Part shown: piece by piece, positions 1 through 8,459 of the stretch | How positions within the stretch are numbered: the first letter of the stretch is position 1 | Layout of the letters: each line of letters starts with the position of its first letter | NCBI GenBank assembly: GCA_029258755.1 | Contig: JAPDKC010000020.1 | Location: forward strand, 532-64,531 | Direction: 5' to 3' | DNA from: an archaeon | Lineage (GTDB): Archaea > Iainarchaeota > Iainarchaeia > Iainarchaeales > DTGL01 | DNA length: 64,000 bases | Notes under the pieces: generated by a model | What the model was told of the DNA's origin: nothing | What the model saw: only the letters and a program-made list of their open reading frames with translations | Database searches by the model: none | Translations under genes and position numbers: made by a program

Positions 1-2
1 CT

Positions 3-179
3 TGCGAAGAAATAGCTGCAAACCCATGGCACAAGAGCACAATAAAGGTGGAAGGCTATAGCAATATAAGGCGCAAGCGCATAGGTAATTTTCGCATCTT
101 ATATATAGTCGACAAGAAGGCCAAAGAGATCGTTATAATAAAAATTGAAAAGCGCAGTGGCAAAACATATAGGTTGTAA
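3..179 (+). CDS. RelE/ParE-family toxin, C-terminal fragment; the 5' end lies outside the window
   Basis: Frame 3 is open from the window edge to TAA at 177-179. Its translation '...NPWHKSTIKVEGYSNIRRKRIGNFRILYIVDKKAKEIVIIKIEKRSGKTYRL*' fits the RelE/ParE C-terminal pattern (basic core, 'R.G.yRiiY.vd', terminal 'R...Y'). This ORF is missing from the supplied track because it is partial. Confidence 0.4.
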   Translation, partial: CEEIAANPWHKSTIKVEGYSNIRRKRIGNFRILYIVDKKAKEIVIIKIEKRSGKTYRL

Positions 180-327
180 AGCTGCAAAAAGTTCCAACAT
201 TCTTTTTTAATCCTTTTTCTCAAGAAATTATAATTGAGGAGCTTGCAAATAAAACAAAAAGGTTTTAAACCATTTTTAGGGGAAAATTGTTTAGGAGGTA
301 ATTTTTTAACTGAAAAGGGGGATTTTA

Positions 328-1455
328 ATGGAATCAATAGTTAGAAAGGCTATTAGAAGAGCTCAAGCAGCTGAAGAAGGAAGGAAAAAAGCAAAGCCAA
401 AAAAGCTTCCAGATGATGAAGAGATTACTAAAATCCTCGAAAAAGCAAGGGCAAGGATAAAGGTCGTTGGCATAGGTGGCGGTGGTTGCAATACTATTGA
501 GCGAATGCACGAGGTTGGCATTGTTGGAGCTGAAACCTATGCTGTTAATACAGATGCTCAAGACCTGCTAAACACAAACGCTGACAAGCGCATTCTTATT
601 GGTAGGGAAACTACCCGAGGCTTAGGTTCAGGCTCTGATCCGCAAATAGGGGAAGCATCCGCTAGGGAAAGCATAGATGAGCTTACAGAATTGCTTCGCG
701 ACTCAGACCTCATATTTATTACTTGTGGCCTTGGCGGCGGCACAGGGACTGGAGCTAGCCCAGTGATAGCTGAGATAGGCAAAGAGCTAGGTGCACTAAC
801 AGTGGCTGTCGTTACATTGCCTTTTACAGTTGAAGGTAAACGCAGGGCTGAGAACGCTTTAGAAGGTTTGGCAAGGTTAAGAGAGCATGCTGATACAATC
901 ATAGTCATACCAAATGACAAGATACTTGAGATAGCTCCCGATTTGCCTGTAAATGCGGCTTTTAAGGTTGCTGATGAAGTGCTTACAAATGCTGTCAAAG
1001 GCATAACCGAGATGGTAACGAAGCCAGGGCTTATAAACCTTGACTTCGCTGACCTAAAAACGATTTTAAAGCGCGGCGGTGCAGCAATGATTGGCTTAGG
1101 CGAGTCGCAGAGTGAGGATGCTAGCGATGCTCGCGCTTTAGAAGCAGTAGAAAATGCTTTAAACTCACCGCTCTTAGATGTTGATATAAGCCAATCAAAG
1201 CGTGCTTTAGTGAATGTCGTTGGCGGTGCAGATATGACGCTTAGGGAAGCGGAGATGGTTGTTGAAACAGTAAGCTCAAGGATAGATCCAGATGCGCATA
1301 TAATTTGGGGCGCAATGATTGACAAAGAGATGGCAAAGAACAGAATACAAGCAATGGTTGTTGTTGCTGGCGGAAGGTTCCCTTACTTAGATGATTTCGA
1401 AAAGATTCACAAAGAGAAGGGAGTCCTTGACTTAGGTATAGAGTTTACGGGGTAA
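328..1455 (+). CDS. ftsZ: Cell division GTPase FtsZ
   Basis: Tubulin/FtsZ signature 'GGGTGTG' and 'VVGIGGGGCNTI' with an N-terminal GTPase domain. A purine-rich SD-like 'aaggggga' sits about 8 nt upstream of the ATG. Confidence 0.9.
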   Translation: MESIVRKAIRRAQAAEEGRKKAKPKKLPDDEEITKILEKARARIKVVGIGGGGCNTIERMHEVGIVGAETYAVNTDAQDLLNTNADKRILIGRETTRGLGSGSDPQIGEASARESIDELTELLRDSDLIFITCGLGGGTGTGASPVIAEIGKELGALTVAVVTLPFTVEGKRRAENALEGLARLREHADTIIVIPNDKILEIAPDLPVNAAFKVADEVLTNAVKGITEMVTKPGLINLDFADLKTILKRGGAAMIGLGESQSEDASDARALEAVENALNSPLLDVDISQSKRALVNVVGGADMTLREAEMVVETVSSRIDPDAHIIWGAMIDKEMAKNRIQAMVVVAGGRFPYLDDFEKIHKEKGVLDLGIEFTG

Positions 1456-1457
1456 AT

Positions 1458-1625
1458 ATGAGCTTGACTGAATTTATAGAATCTGTAAGAAGAGTGCTTA
1501 TAGTAGCTAAGAAACCAAACTGGCAGGAATACAAGCTTATGCTAAAGGTTACATTGCTTGGCGTAACACTTATAGGGGTCTTAGGATTCCTAGTGAAGCT
1601 CATATTTACGCTTCTATCTCCCTAA
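1458..1625 (+). CDS. secE: Protein translocase subunit SecE/Sec61-gamma (55 aa)
   Basis: Small ORF absent from the track: 'MSLTEFIESVRRVLIVAKKPNWQEYKLMLKVTLLGVTLIGVLGFLVKLIFTLLSP*'. It has a single C-terminal TM helix and the conserved position immediately upstream of spt5/nusG. Confidence 0.7.
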   Translation: MSLTEFIESVRRVLIVAKKPNWQEYKLMLKVTLLGVTLIGVLGFLVKLIFTLLSP

Positions 1626-1692
1626 GCAAAACCTTTTAACCCTTTGGTTTTTATCATTTTTTATTATTCCTTATTTTCTATTAGGTGGTTTT

Positions 1693-2130
1693 ATGATCCT
1701 AACCGTGAGAACAACAGCAGGTCAAGAAAGCTTAGTTGCTGATATGCTCAAAATGAAGCTCGAAGCGGAAAACCCTGGCATATATGCAATACTAGTGGTG
1801 CCGGACTTTAAAGGTTACATCCTTATTGAAGGTGCTTCGGAAGAAGCTGTAAAGCGTGCAATAATTGATGTGCCTCATATAAAAGCAAAAGGTATAGTTG
1901 GCGGTGAAATCAAGATAGAGGAGCTAGCATCATTGCTTGAAGCACATCCTTTAATGGAAGCAATAAAAGAGGGTGATAAGGTTAAGATTGTTTCTGGCCC
2001 ATTTAAAGGCGAAGTAGGCAGAGTTTTACGAGTTAATCCTGCTAAGGAAGAAGTTACCGTTGAGCTGATAGATGCTGCTGTAAAGATTCCAGTAACCATC
2101 AAGGCAGAGAATATGCGATTGGTTAAGTGA
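1693..2130 (+). CDS. spt5: Transcription elongation factor Spt5 (NusG homolog)
   Basis: NGN domain followed by a KOW motif 'GDKVKIVSGPFKGEVGRVLRVN'. Sits in the conserved secE-spt5-L11 arrangement. Confidence 0.85.
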   Translation: MILTVRTTAGQESLVADMLKMKLEAENPGIYAILVVPDFKGYILIEGASEEAVKRAIIDVPHIKAKGIVGGEIKIEELASLLEAHPLMEAIKEGDKVKIVSGPFKGEVGRVLRVNPAKEEVTVELIDAAVKIPVTIKAENMRLVK

Positions 2131-2141
2131 GGTGTTTTGAA

Positions 2142-2636
2142 ATGCCAACCATCAATGTATTGGTTGAAGGTGGTAAGGCAAGTGCTGGCGCTCCTTTAGG
2201 CCCGGCTTTGGGCCCTTTAGGGGTTAATATTGCAGAAGTTGTTGCAAAAATAAATGAAAAGACAAAGAAGTATGAAGGAATGAAGGTTCCGGTAAAAGTG
2301 ATAGTTGATTCCTCAACAAAGAGTGTTGAGATAGAGGTTGGTTCACCACCTGTAAGTGCTCTTATAAAGAAGGAGCTTAATCTGCAAAAAGGAGCAAGCA
2401 ATCCAAAAACAGAAAAGATAGCAAACCTAAGCATGCAGCAAGTGGCATCTATAGCAATTAAGAAATTCAGCCCTAATAACTTCAAGGAGCTAAAAGGCGC
2501 TATCAAGCAGGTTTTAGGCACATGCAATTCTATGGGCGTGCACGTAGAAGGCAAAAGGGCTGCTGAACTAGTAAAAGCTGTTGATAGCGGTGCTTATGAT
2601 GGGCTTATAAAAAGTGCACTCTCTGAGCAGGAGTAA
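2142..2636 (+). CDS. rpl11: 50S ribosomal protein L11 (uL11)
   Basis: 'MPTINVLVEGGKASAGAPLGPALGPLGVNI' is canonical uL11. The start is placed at the ATG after 'gaggtg', not at the longer track ORF that begins at 2127 and overlaps the spt5 stop. Confidence 0.9.
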   Translation: MPTINVLVEGGKASAGAPLGPALGPLGVNIAEVVAKINEKTKKYEGMKVPVKVIVDSSTKSVEIEVGSPPVSALIKKELNLQKGASNPKTEKIANLSMQQVASIAIKKFSPNNFKELKGAIKQVLGTCNSMGVHVEGKRAAELVKAVDSGAYDGLIKSALSEQE

Positions 2637-2722
2637 CAAATGTATTTTAAAATATTTCATTGCACAAAAGATATAATCGGCTTCTAGGGCCGCTAGCACT
2701 GCTTCATGCAGGAGGTCTTAAG

Positions 2723-3370
2723 ATGCGTAAGGAAGATGTGCTTAATGCATTAAAAACGCTTGAGGAGAAATCCAAAAAGAGGAATTTTGTTCAGACAGTT
2801 GAACTAATTATAAATTTTCGCGATTTAGATGTAAGAAAGCCAGAAAACCTCATTGACATAAAAGTAAACATGCCTCATCCGACTGGCAGGGAGCAGGCAA
2901 AAGCACTTCTTTTTGCGAGAAGCTTACAATTCGCATCTAGCGTCAAGAATCTTTTCGATAAGATAATAATGGAAGAAAATATTCCAAATCTATCTAAAAA
3001 AGAGATACAAGAGATTTTAAACTATGATGTTTTGCTTGCTGAAGGGCCTGTAATGATAACTGTTGGTAAACACCTTGGTCAAACACTTGCACCAAAAGGC
3101 AAGATGCCAAAGCCTGTTAATCCAGATAAGGAAGAAGTAGAGCGCTTGCTTTCTAGTATGAAATCTGCGATGCGTATTACGAATAAGAAGGGAAAAGGGC
3201 TTCCTTATGTGCAGGTTGTTGTTGGCAAGGAAAATATGCCTGCTGAACACATAGCAGAAAATGTGATGGAAGTATTCGATGAAGTTGTTCGTGCACTTCC
3301 AAGGCATTCGCAAAATATAAAGTCGGTTTACATAAAGAAGACGATGAGCCCAGCGGTGAGAATTATTTAG
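2723..3370 (+). CDS. rpl1: 50S ribosomal protein L1 (uL1)
   Basis: uL1 family sequence in the conserved position. The start is placed at the ATG at 2723, preceded by 'ggaggt'; the track ORF beginning at 2660 is probably over-extended. Confidence 0.88.
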   Translation: MRKEDVLNALKTLEEKSKKRNFVQTVELIINFRDLDVRKPENLIDIKVNMPHPTGREQAKALLFARSLQFASSVKNLFDKIIMEENIPNLSKKEIQEILNYDVLLAEGPVMITVGKHLGQTLAPKGKMPKPVNPDKEEVERLLSSMKSAMRITNKKGKGLPYVQVVVGKENMPAEHIAENVMEVFDEVVRALPRHSQNIKSVYIKKTMSPAVRII

Positions 3371-3380
3371 GTGAGCTTAG

Positions 3381-4403
3381 ATGACATCACACACTAGAAA
3401 GTGGAAGGAAAAGCAAGTAGAGGAAATAAAAAAGATGTTGGATGAAAGCAAGATTGTTGCGATAGCTAGCTTAGAGCGTTTTCCAGCTTCCCACTTGCAG
3501 GAGTTAAAGAAAAAGTTAGCTTCTAAGGCAAAGATAAAGGTCTCGAAAACAAAAGTTATTGCGAGAGCTTTGGCAGAATCCAAGTACAAAGATATTGACT
3601 TCTCAAAATATTTGAGAGGTTCTATAGCGATTATAGTTTCTACTATGGATCCTTTCGAGCTTTACGCTACAATCAAAAAGAACAAAGCAAGTGCGTATGC
3701 GAAAGCAGGCATGGTTGCTGAGCAAGATATAGTGGTGCCAGCTGGCGACACCGGTTTGCCGCCAGGCCCAGATTTGAGCATACTAAAAGCAGCTGGCTTG
3801 CCAGCAATAATGAAAGGCTCTAGCATACAAATTGCAAAAGATACTGTTGTTGCTCGTAAAGGAGAAGTGATAAGTGAGGAAGTAGCAAGCGCATTAGCTA
3901 AACTAGATATAAAGCCCATACAACTAATGTTAAAAGTTTTGGTTGCATGTGATGGAAAATATCTTTATGATGCTAGCGTTCTTGATATAGATACGGAAAA
4001 GTTTGAAAGCGATTTAATAAGCTGCTATCAAAAAGCGTTTAACTTAGCTTTCAATATTGGTTATATAACACCGCAAAACATAGAGCTTTTCATCCAAAAG
4101 GCATTTAGAGAAGCAAAGCAGCTTGCATTGGACGCTAACTATATATCGCCATTAACTCTTCCAGAATTCATAGCTAAAGCCTATAATGCCGCAAACTCCT
4201 TAAGTTCTGTAGTGAAGGTAGATGCTAAGGAAACAGAGCAGCAGCAAGCTGAAGAAAGCACTCAAAACCAGCAAGAGCAAGCAGAAGAACAAAGCAATGC
4301 TAAGCAGACCAACGGGCAGCAAGAGACAAAGGATAAGCAAGCTGAAGAGAATAAGGAACAAGGTGGTTTAGAAGATTCAAACGCTGAAGCACAATCCAAA
4401 TAA
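3381..4403 (+). CDS. rpl10: 50S ribosomal stalk protein L10/P0 (uL10)
   Basis: P0-type L10 with a long acidic Q/E-rich C-terminus and the conserved L1-L10-L12 order. Confidence 0.88.
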   Translation: MTSHTRKWKEKQVEEIKKMLDESKIVAIASLERFPASHLQELKKKLASKAKIKVSKTKVIARALAESKYKDIDFSKYLRGSIAIIVSTMDPFELYATIKKNKASAYAKAGMVAEQDIVVPAGDTGLPPGPDLSILKAAGLPAIMKGSSIQIAKDTVVARKGEVISEEVASALAKLDIKPIQLMLKVLVACDGKYLYDASVLDIDTEKFESDLISCYQKAFNLAFNIGYITPQNIELFIQKAFREAKQLALDANYISPLTLPEFIAKAYNAANSLSSVVKVDAKETEQQQAEESTQNQQEQAEEQSNAKQTNGQQETKDKQAEENKEQGGLEDSNAEAQSK

Positions 4404-4414
4404 AATAAAATGTT

Positions 4415-4753
4415 TTGAATGAAAAAAATATTAAAGAGGTGAAAGAAGTGGAGTACATATATTCTGCATTGCTTCTCCATTCTGCTGGGAAAGAGATTAC
4501 AGAGGAAGCCGTAACAAACGTCCTTAAGGCAGCTGGCATAGAGCCAGATCCGGCAAAAGTAAAGTCGCTAATAGCTTCCCTTAAGGAGGTAAATATTGAG
4601 GAAGCAATCCAAAAAGCAGCAACAGTGCAAGTAGCCCCAGCTGCACCAAGTGCTGAAGCAAAAGAAGAGGAAAAGAAAGAAGAAAAGAAGGAAGAGGAGG
4701 AAAAGAAGACAGAGGAAGAAGCGGCAAGCGGCTTAAGCGCACTCTTTGGCTAA
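4415..4753 (+). CDS. rpl12: 50S ribosomal stalk protein L12/P1
   Basis: '[19 protein letters not shown]', an acidic [12 protein letters not shown] hinge and the archaeal/eukaryotic stalk terminus 'GLSALFG'. The true start may instead be the GTG at 4448 (VEYIYS..), which follows 'agaggtga'. Confidence 0.85.
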   Translation: MNEKNIKEVKEVEYIYSALLLHSAGKEITEEAVTNVLKAAGIEPDPAKVKSLIASLKEVNIEEAIQKAATVQVAPAAPSAEAKEEEKKEEKKEEEEKKTEEEAASGLSALFG

Positions 4754-4756
4754 AAC

Positions 4757-4775
4757 CCATTTTTTTTATTTTTCC
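4757..4775 (+). terminator. Oligo-T tract (T8/T5), candidate archaeal intrinsic terminator after the ribosomal protein operon
   Basis: 'cccattttttttatttttcc' lies immediately after the L12 stop. Archaeal termination commonly occurs at oligo-T runs. Confidence 0.3.
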
Positions 4776-5971
4776 AGCAATTCAGCTATTTTACTTACTT
4801 CCTCAACTAAAATGTTTATTTCATCCATTTGATTGTAGAGGAAAGTAGAGGCACGTACGCAACCACTTTTACAATACTTGTTAAACCATGCATGCGCACA
4901 ATGCTTGCCAGACCTAACAGCTATGCTATGCGCTTCATCGAGCATTAATGCAACATCATGCGGAGAGAATCCCTCTATATTAAAACTTACTATGCTTGTG
5001 CATTTTCTCCAGTCATTTACGCCCACTATTGTTACACCGTTTATATCTACTAACCTTTTCATAAGTTTCTTTGTAAGCGTTCTATCGTGCTGCTCTATCT
5101 TTTCCATTCCGATTTTATTTAGATACTTGCATGCCTCGCCAAAGCCAATAATACTTGCGTAATCTTGGAGCCCTGCTTCAAACCTTTCGTGCTTTGCAAG
5201 AAGCTCAAACGAGTTTAGCGTAGCATTTGCTACGGTGCCGCCACCATACATTAAAGGTTTTACCTGCTCTAAAAGCTCTTCTTTTATCAGAAGGCACCCA
5301 ATAATAGGCCCGCAAGCTTTGTGAGAGCTAGCCGCAAAAAAGTCAGCATCAAGCTTTTTTAGATTTAGTGGTATATGCCCTGCACTTTGAGCACCATCAA
5401 TTAACACTTTAGCGCCAAAGTCATGGGAAAGCTTTATAATTTCCTTAATGGGAAGCTCATAGCCATCGATATTGCTTATATGCACTACAGATACAATTTT
5501 AACCTTTTTACTCATAGCTTCATGCATTGCCTCTAAATCAAATTCAAAGTTTTCTGTACTTGGTACTGCTATATGCTTTATGCCGCGTTTTTTCAGCACT
5601 AACCAAGGAATAAGGTTTGAGTTATGCTCGCGGTCGCTTGTAACAACAAGATCGCCTCTTCTAAGGTTAAAACCAAAGGCAACAGTGTTTATTCCCTCAG
5701 TAGTGTTTTTTGTAAAAACTATTTCATGAGACTTGCTTGCTTTAAAGAATCCCTTTATAGTTTCTCTTGCTTTTGCAACACGCTCATTTAGTTCTTCACT
5801 TTGCTTATGAAAGGAACGCCCGGCACAGGCACAGTTAGTTTTATAATACCAATTTATTGCTTCTATAACCTGTTTGGGTCTAAGCGTCATGCAAGCATTG
5901 TCTAAATAGATAATCTTACTTCTCTTAAGCACGGGGAAATCATTTCTTAAGGAAGAACTTAGAATCGGCAT
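4766..5971 (-). CDS. Cysteine desulfurase (class V aminotransferase, SufS/NifS-like)
   Basis: PLP-lysine motif 'SSHKACGP'. The C-terminal active-site loop 'RSGKHCAHAW' resembles the SufS 'RxGHHCA' motif. Length 401 aa. Confidence 0.8.
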   Translation of the reverse strand: MPILSSSLRNDFPVLKRSKIIYLDNACMTLRPKQVIEAINWYYKTNCACAGRSFHKQSEELNERVAKARETIKGFFKASKSHEIVFTKNTTEGINTVAFGFNLRRGDLVVTSDREHNSNLIPWLVLKKRGIKHIAVPSTENFEFDLEAMHEAMSKKVKIVSVVHISNIDGYELPIKEIIKLSHDFGAKVLIDGAQSAGHIPLNLKKLDADFFAASSHKACGPIIGCLLIKEELLEQVKPLMYGGGTVANATLNSFELLAKHERFEAGLQDYASIIGFGEACKYLNKIGMEKIEQHDRTLTKKLMKRLVDINGVTIVGVNDWRKCTSIVSFNIEGFSPHDVALMLDEAHSIAVRSGKHCAHAWFNKYCKSGCVRASTFLYNQMDEINILVEEVSKIAELLEK

Positions 5972-6050
5972 TCAATTCATCTAGAATAAAAATTATTTAA
6001 ACACTTTTGCATTATTTCTTAAATGTTTAATCAAATTTAGGTGATTTTTT

Positions 6051-8459
6051 ATGCTTTCTAGAAAACTTCTGTTAGCTTTTTTCCTTCTTCTAACGCTTAC
6101 TAGGTGCTTTGCAGTAATTGAGGAAGCGTCCATCCCTATATTCGCTGTTACAGAGTCGGAAGATAGAGCAGTAAGAGCGGAACTTACTATTAAGATAGTT
6201 CCTGGAAGCGGAAAAATTTGGAGCTCTGTAGGTCCTTTAGTAGGAACCTCAACCCAACATACGGAAAAGATTGCTGTGGAGCTTGCGAAAAATTACTCTG
6301 ACGAGGTAGAGAAGTACGATTATATGTTCGATATAAATTCTACTGCCAGCGTTGTTGAGGGCCCAAGCGCGGGAGCAGCGATGGCATTGCTTTTAATCAC
6401 AATGCTTCAGGACAAAAAGCTGCCTGGGTATGTTGCGATAACAGGGCAAATAAGTGAAGATGGCTCAATAGGTTCTGTTGGAGGAATATTCCTAAAAGCA
6501 GAAAAAGCTGCTCAAACAGGAATAAAGCTCTTTATGATTCCCAAAGGAGATGCTTATCAAACACATCGTTTTCCAGATGGTATAAAGACAGTTAACCTCG
6601 TTGAATACGCTCCTAAAGAATGGGGGATGAAGGTTGTAGAGGTATCAAACATAGATGAAGCATTGGCTTATGCTTTTACTCCTTTGGAGAAGATAGATAT
6701 AAATACTCAAGTTAAGGAGCAAAAACCTTTCGCTCCAGAAGTAATACCGCTTAAAGACAAACTTAAACCAATGAAATCACTTACTTCAAAATACATTGAA
6801 AAAGCAGAGGAAACAATTGATGCCGCAAAAGATGCCCTAAACAACAGCAAGCTTTTGGATCAGCAGGTAATATCCGTACTGCTTCAATCTCTTACAAATT
6901 CCCAAAAAAATATAGAAAAAGCCAAACTTCTGTATGAGGCCAATTATTTGTATTCAGCAGCAAACTATGCTTTTGTTTCCCTAGTTAATGCACGTCTTGT
7001 TAAGGATTTGGCAGAGAACCCTTCGTTGCTAAAATCAGATTCGGTATTGCTAAAAAGCTTAGTATCGCAGCTTGGTGAGAAGATTGAAGAACTTTCTAAA
7101 CAGCTCGATAAGTTCTACACTATTGAGCGATTTGAATGGCTTGTTGCTGCAAAGGAAAGGATCTCTTGGGCAGAACTCAACTTAAACAAAATAAAAAATA
7201 TAAAAACAGTAATAATCACCAACACCGGCATAACTGAGGGCATATCTGTGCCTCTGAAGAATTTGCAGGACTATGAATTCGCTTTGGGGTGGTATGAAAT
7301 AGCAAGCGATTTTTATAACATAGCGAAAGAAGCTAATGACAAATTCCAGGCGGAGCCATTCCTTGAAGAAGAGGCAAGAATGTATATAATAAAAGCAGAA
7401 AATTGTGTAGCGACATTATACGAGGAAGATGAGGACATAAGCAGACGCTTAGAAGCTGCAAGATTCGAATTTAAAAAGGAATGGTATGACGCAGCTCTTT
7501 TCGATGCAGCTAGCGCGTATGGGCTGTGCTCCTCTCATGAGGAAACTAAAGGCAAATCTCTATCGGAGCTTATCTCTACACTGGAAGAAAAAATAACCGC
7601 AGTCAAAAACAAATTGCTACATGATAAGGGTGCTGTCTGGCCAGAGCTTTACATAACCCATGCAGAATATTTCCTAAAATCAGCAAAGCATTACAAAGAA
7701 GAAAAAGCTTTTTCTAAAGCGATAGAAGATGCTAAAGCAGGTATAAGTTTGGCCCTATTTGCAAAAGAACTCTTAGATGCCTCTTTGGATGCGAGAAACA
7801 AACTTGTAAAAATCTCACGCAAACCATTTGCTGAAGAGCTACCTGAAATAACTCCAGAGTTGCCATCACCAGGCGAACAAGAAAGCCCGATTAATAAGTT
7901 TGCCATGAATGTGGGCATTGTAATTTCGATCCTGATACTTCTGTGCTTTTTAGTAGCAATACTTATTCTATTTATCAAAAGGCAGGATTACGAAAAAGCA
8001 GCAGGCGAGAAAGAAGTGTTAAAAGGAAAAATAAACACGATAGAAAATATGTTAAAAGAACTCGATAAAAGATTCATGCGCAATAAAATAACAAAGCAAG
8101 AGTACCTTTCAAGGAAAAATGTTTATGAGAAGCAGCTTCGCGCCTTAAAGGAAGAACTCTCAAGAAAATCAAAACATCTGCTTGAGATAGATAGAATTAG
8201 GGCACAGCTGAAGGAAGTCCAATTTATGTTGGATCAAATAAAAGCCCAGTATGAAGCAGGCGAACTTCTCGAGGAGGATTACCGAAAAGCATTTTCAAAA
8301 TATCTCAGCAAACTAGAGAAACTCAAAGAGGAGCTTGCAGTTGAGGAGCAAGAACTAGCGCAAGAAAAGAAAAAGATAGAAAAACTTGCAAACTTTCCGA
8401 AGAGAGGGAAACAAAAGGTACTTAGCAAAGCCTACAAAAGTAGAAGTAAAAGGCGTTAA
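6051..8459 (+). CDS. Secreted, membrane-anchored protein with an N-terminal Lon-type S16 peptidase domain, a long helical region, a single TM helix and a C-terminal coiled-coil basic tail; it has no AAA+ module
   Basis: Signal-peptide-like 'MLSRKLLLAFFLLLTLTRCFA'. Lon proteolytic-domain motifs 'VVEGPSAGAAMALLLITML' (catalytic Ser context) and 'ITGQISEDGSIGSVGGIFLKAEKAAQTGIKLFMIPKGD' (catalytic Lys context). TM helix 'MNVGIVISILILLCFLVAILILFI' is encoded at about 7907-7978. No Walker motifs are present. Confidence 0.6.
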   Translation: MLSRKLLLAFFLLLTLTRCFAVIEEASIPIFAVTESEDRAVRAELTIKIVPGSGKIWSSVGPLVGTSTQHTEKIAVELAKNYSDEVEKYDYMFDINSTASVVEGPSAGAAMALLLITMLQDKKLPGYVAITGQISEDGSIGSVGGIFLKAEKAAQTGIKLFMIPKGDAYQTHRFPDGIKTVNLVEYAPKEWGMKVVEVSNIDEALAYAFTPLEKIDINTQVKEQKPFAPEVIPLKDKLKPMKSLTSKYIEKAEETIDAAKDALNNSKLLDQQVISVLLQSLTNSQKNIEKAKLLYEANYLYSAANYAFVSLVNARLVKDLAENPSLLKSDSVLLKSLVSQLGEKIEELSKQLDKFYTIERFEWLVAAKERISWAELNLNKIKNIKTVIITNTGITEGISVPLKNLQDYEFALGWYEIASDFYNIAKEANDKFQAEPFLEEEARMYIIKAENCVATLYEEDEDISRRLEAARFEFKKEWYDAALFDAASAYGLCSSHEETKGKSLSELISTLEEKITAVKNKLLHDKGAVWPELYITHAEYFLKSAKHYKEEKAFSKAIEDAKAGISLALFAKELLDASLDARNKLVKISRKPFAEELPEITPELPSPGEQESPINKFAMNVGIVISILILLCFLVAILILFIKRQDYEKAAGEKEVLKGKINTIENMLKELDKRFMRNKITKQEYLSRKNVYEKQLRALKEELSRKSKHLLEIDRIRAQLKEVQFMLDQIKAQYEAGELLEEDYRKAFSKYLSKLEKLKEELAVEEQELAQEKKKIEKLANFPKRGKQKVLSKAYKSRSKRR

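Noticed and set aside
56-337. 93-aa minus-strand ORF overlapping the RelE-like fragment and the ftsZ start
   Set aside because: It has no motifs, overlaps the promoter/RBS region of ftsZ, and is antisense to a better-supported frame.
558-1325. 255-aa minus-strand ORF inside ftsZ
   Set aside because: It is an antisense artefact of the GC-richer ftsZ coding region; FtsZ on the plus strand is unambiguous.
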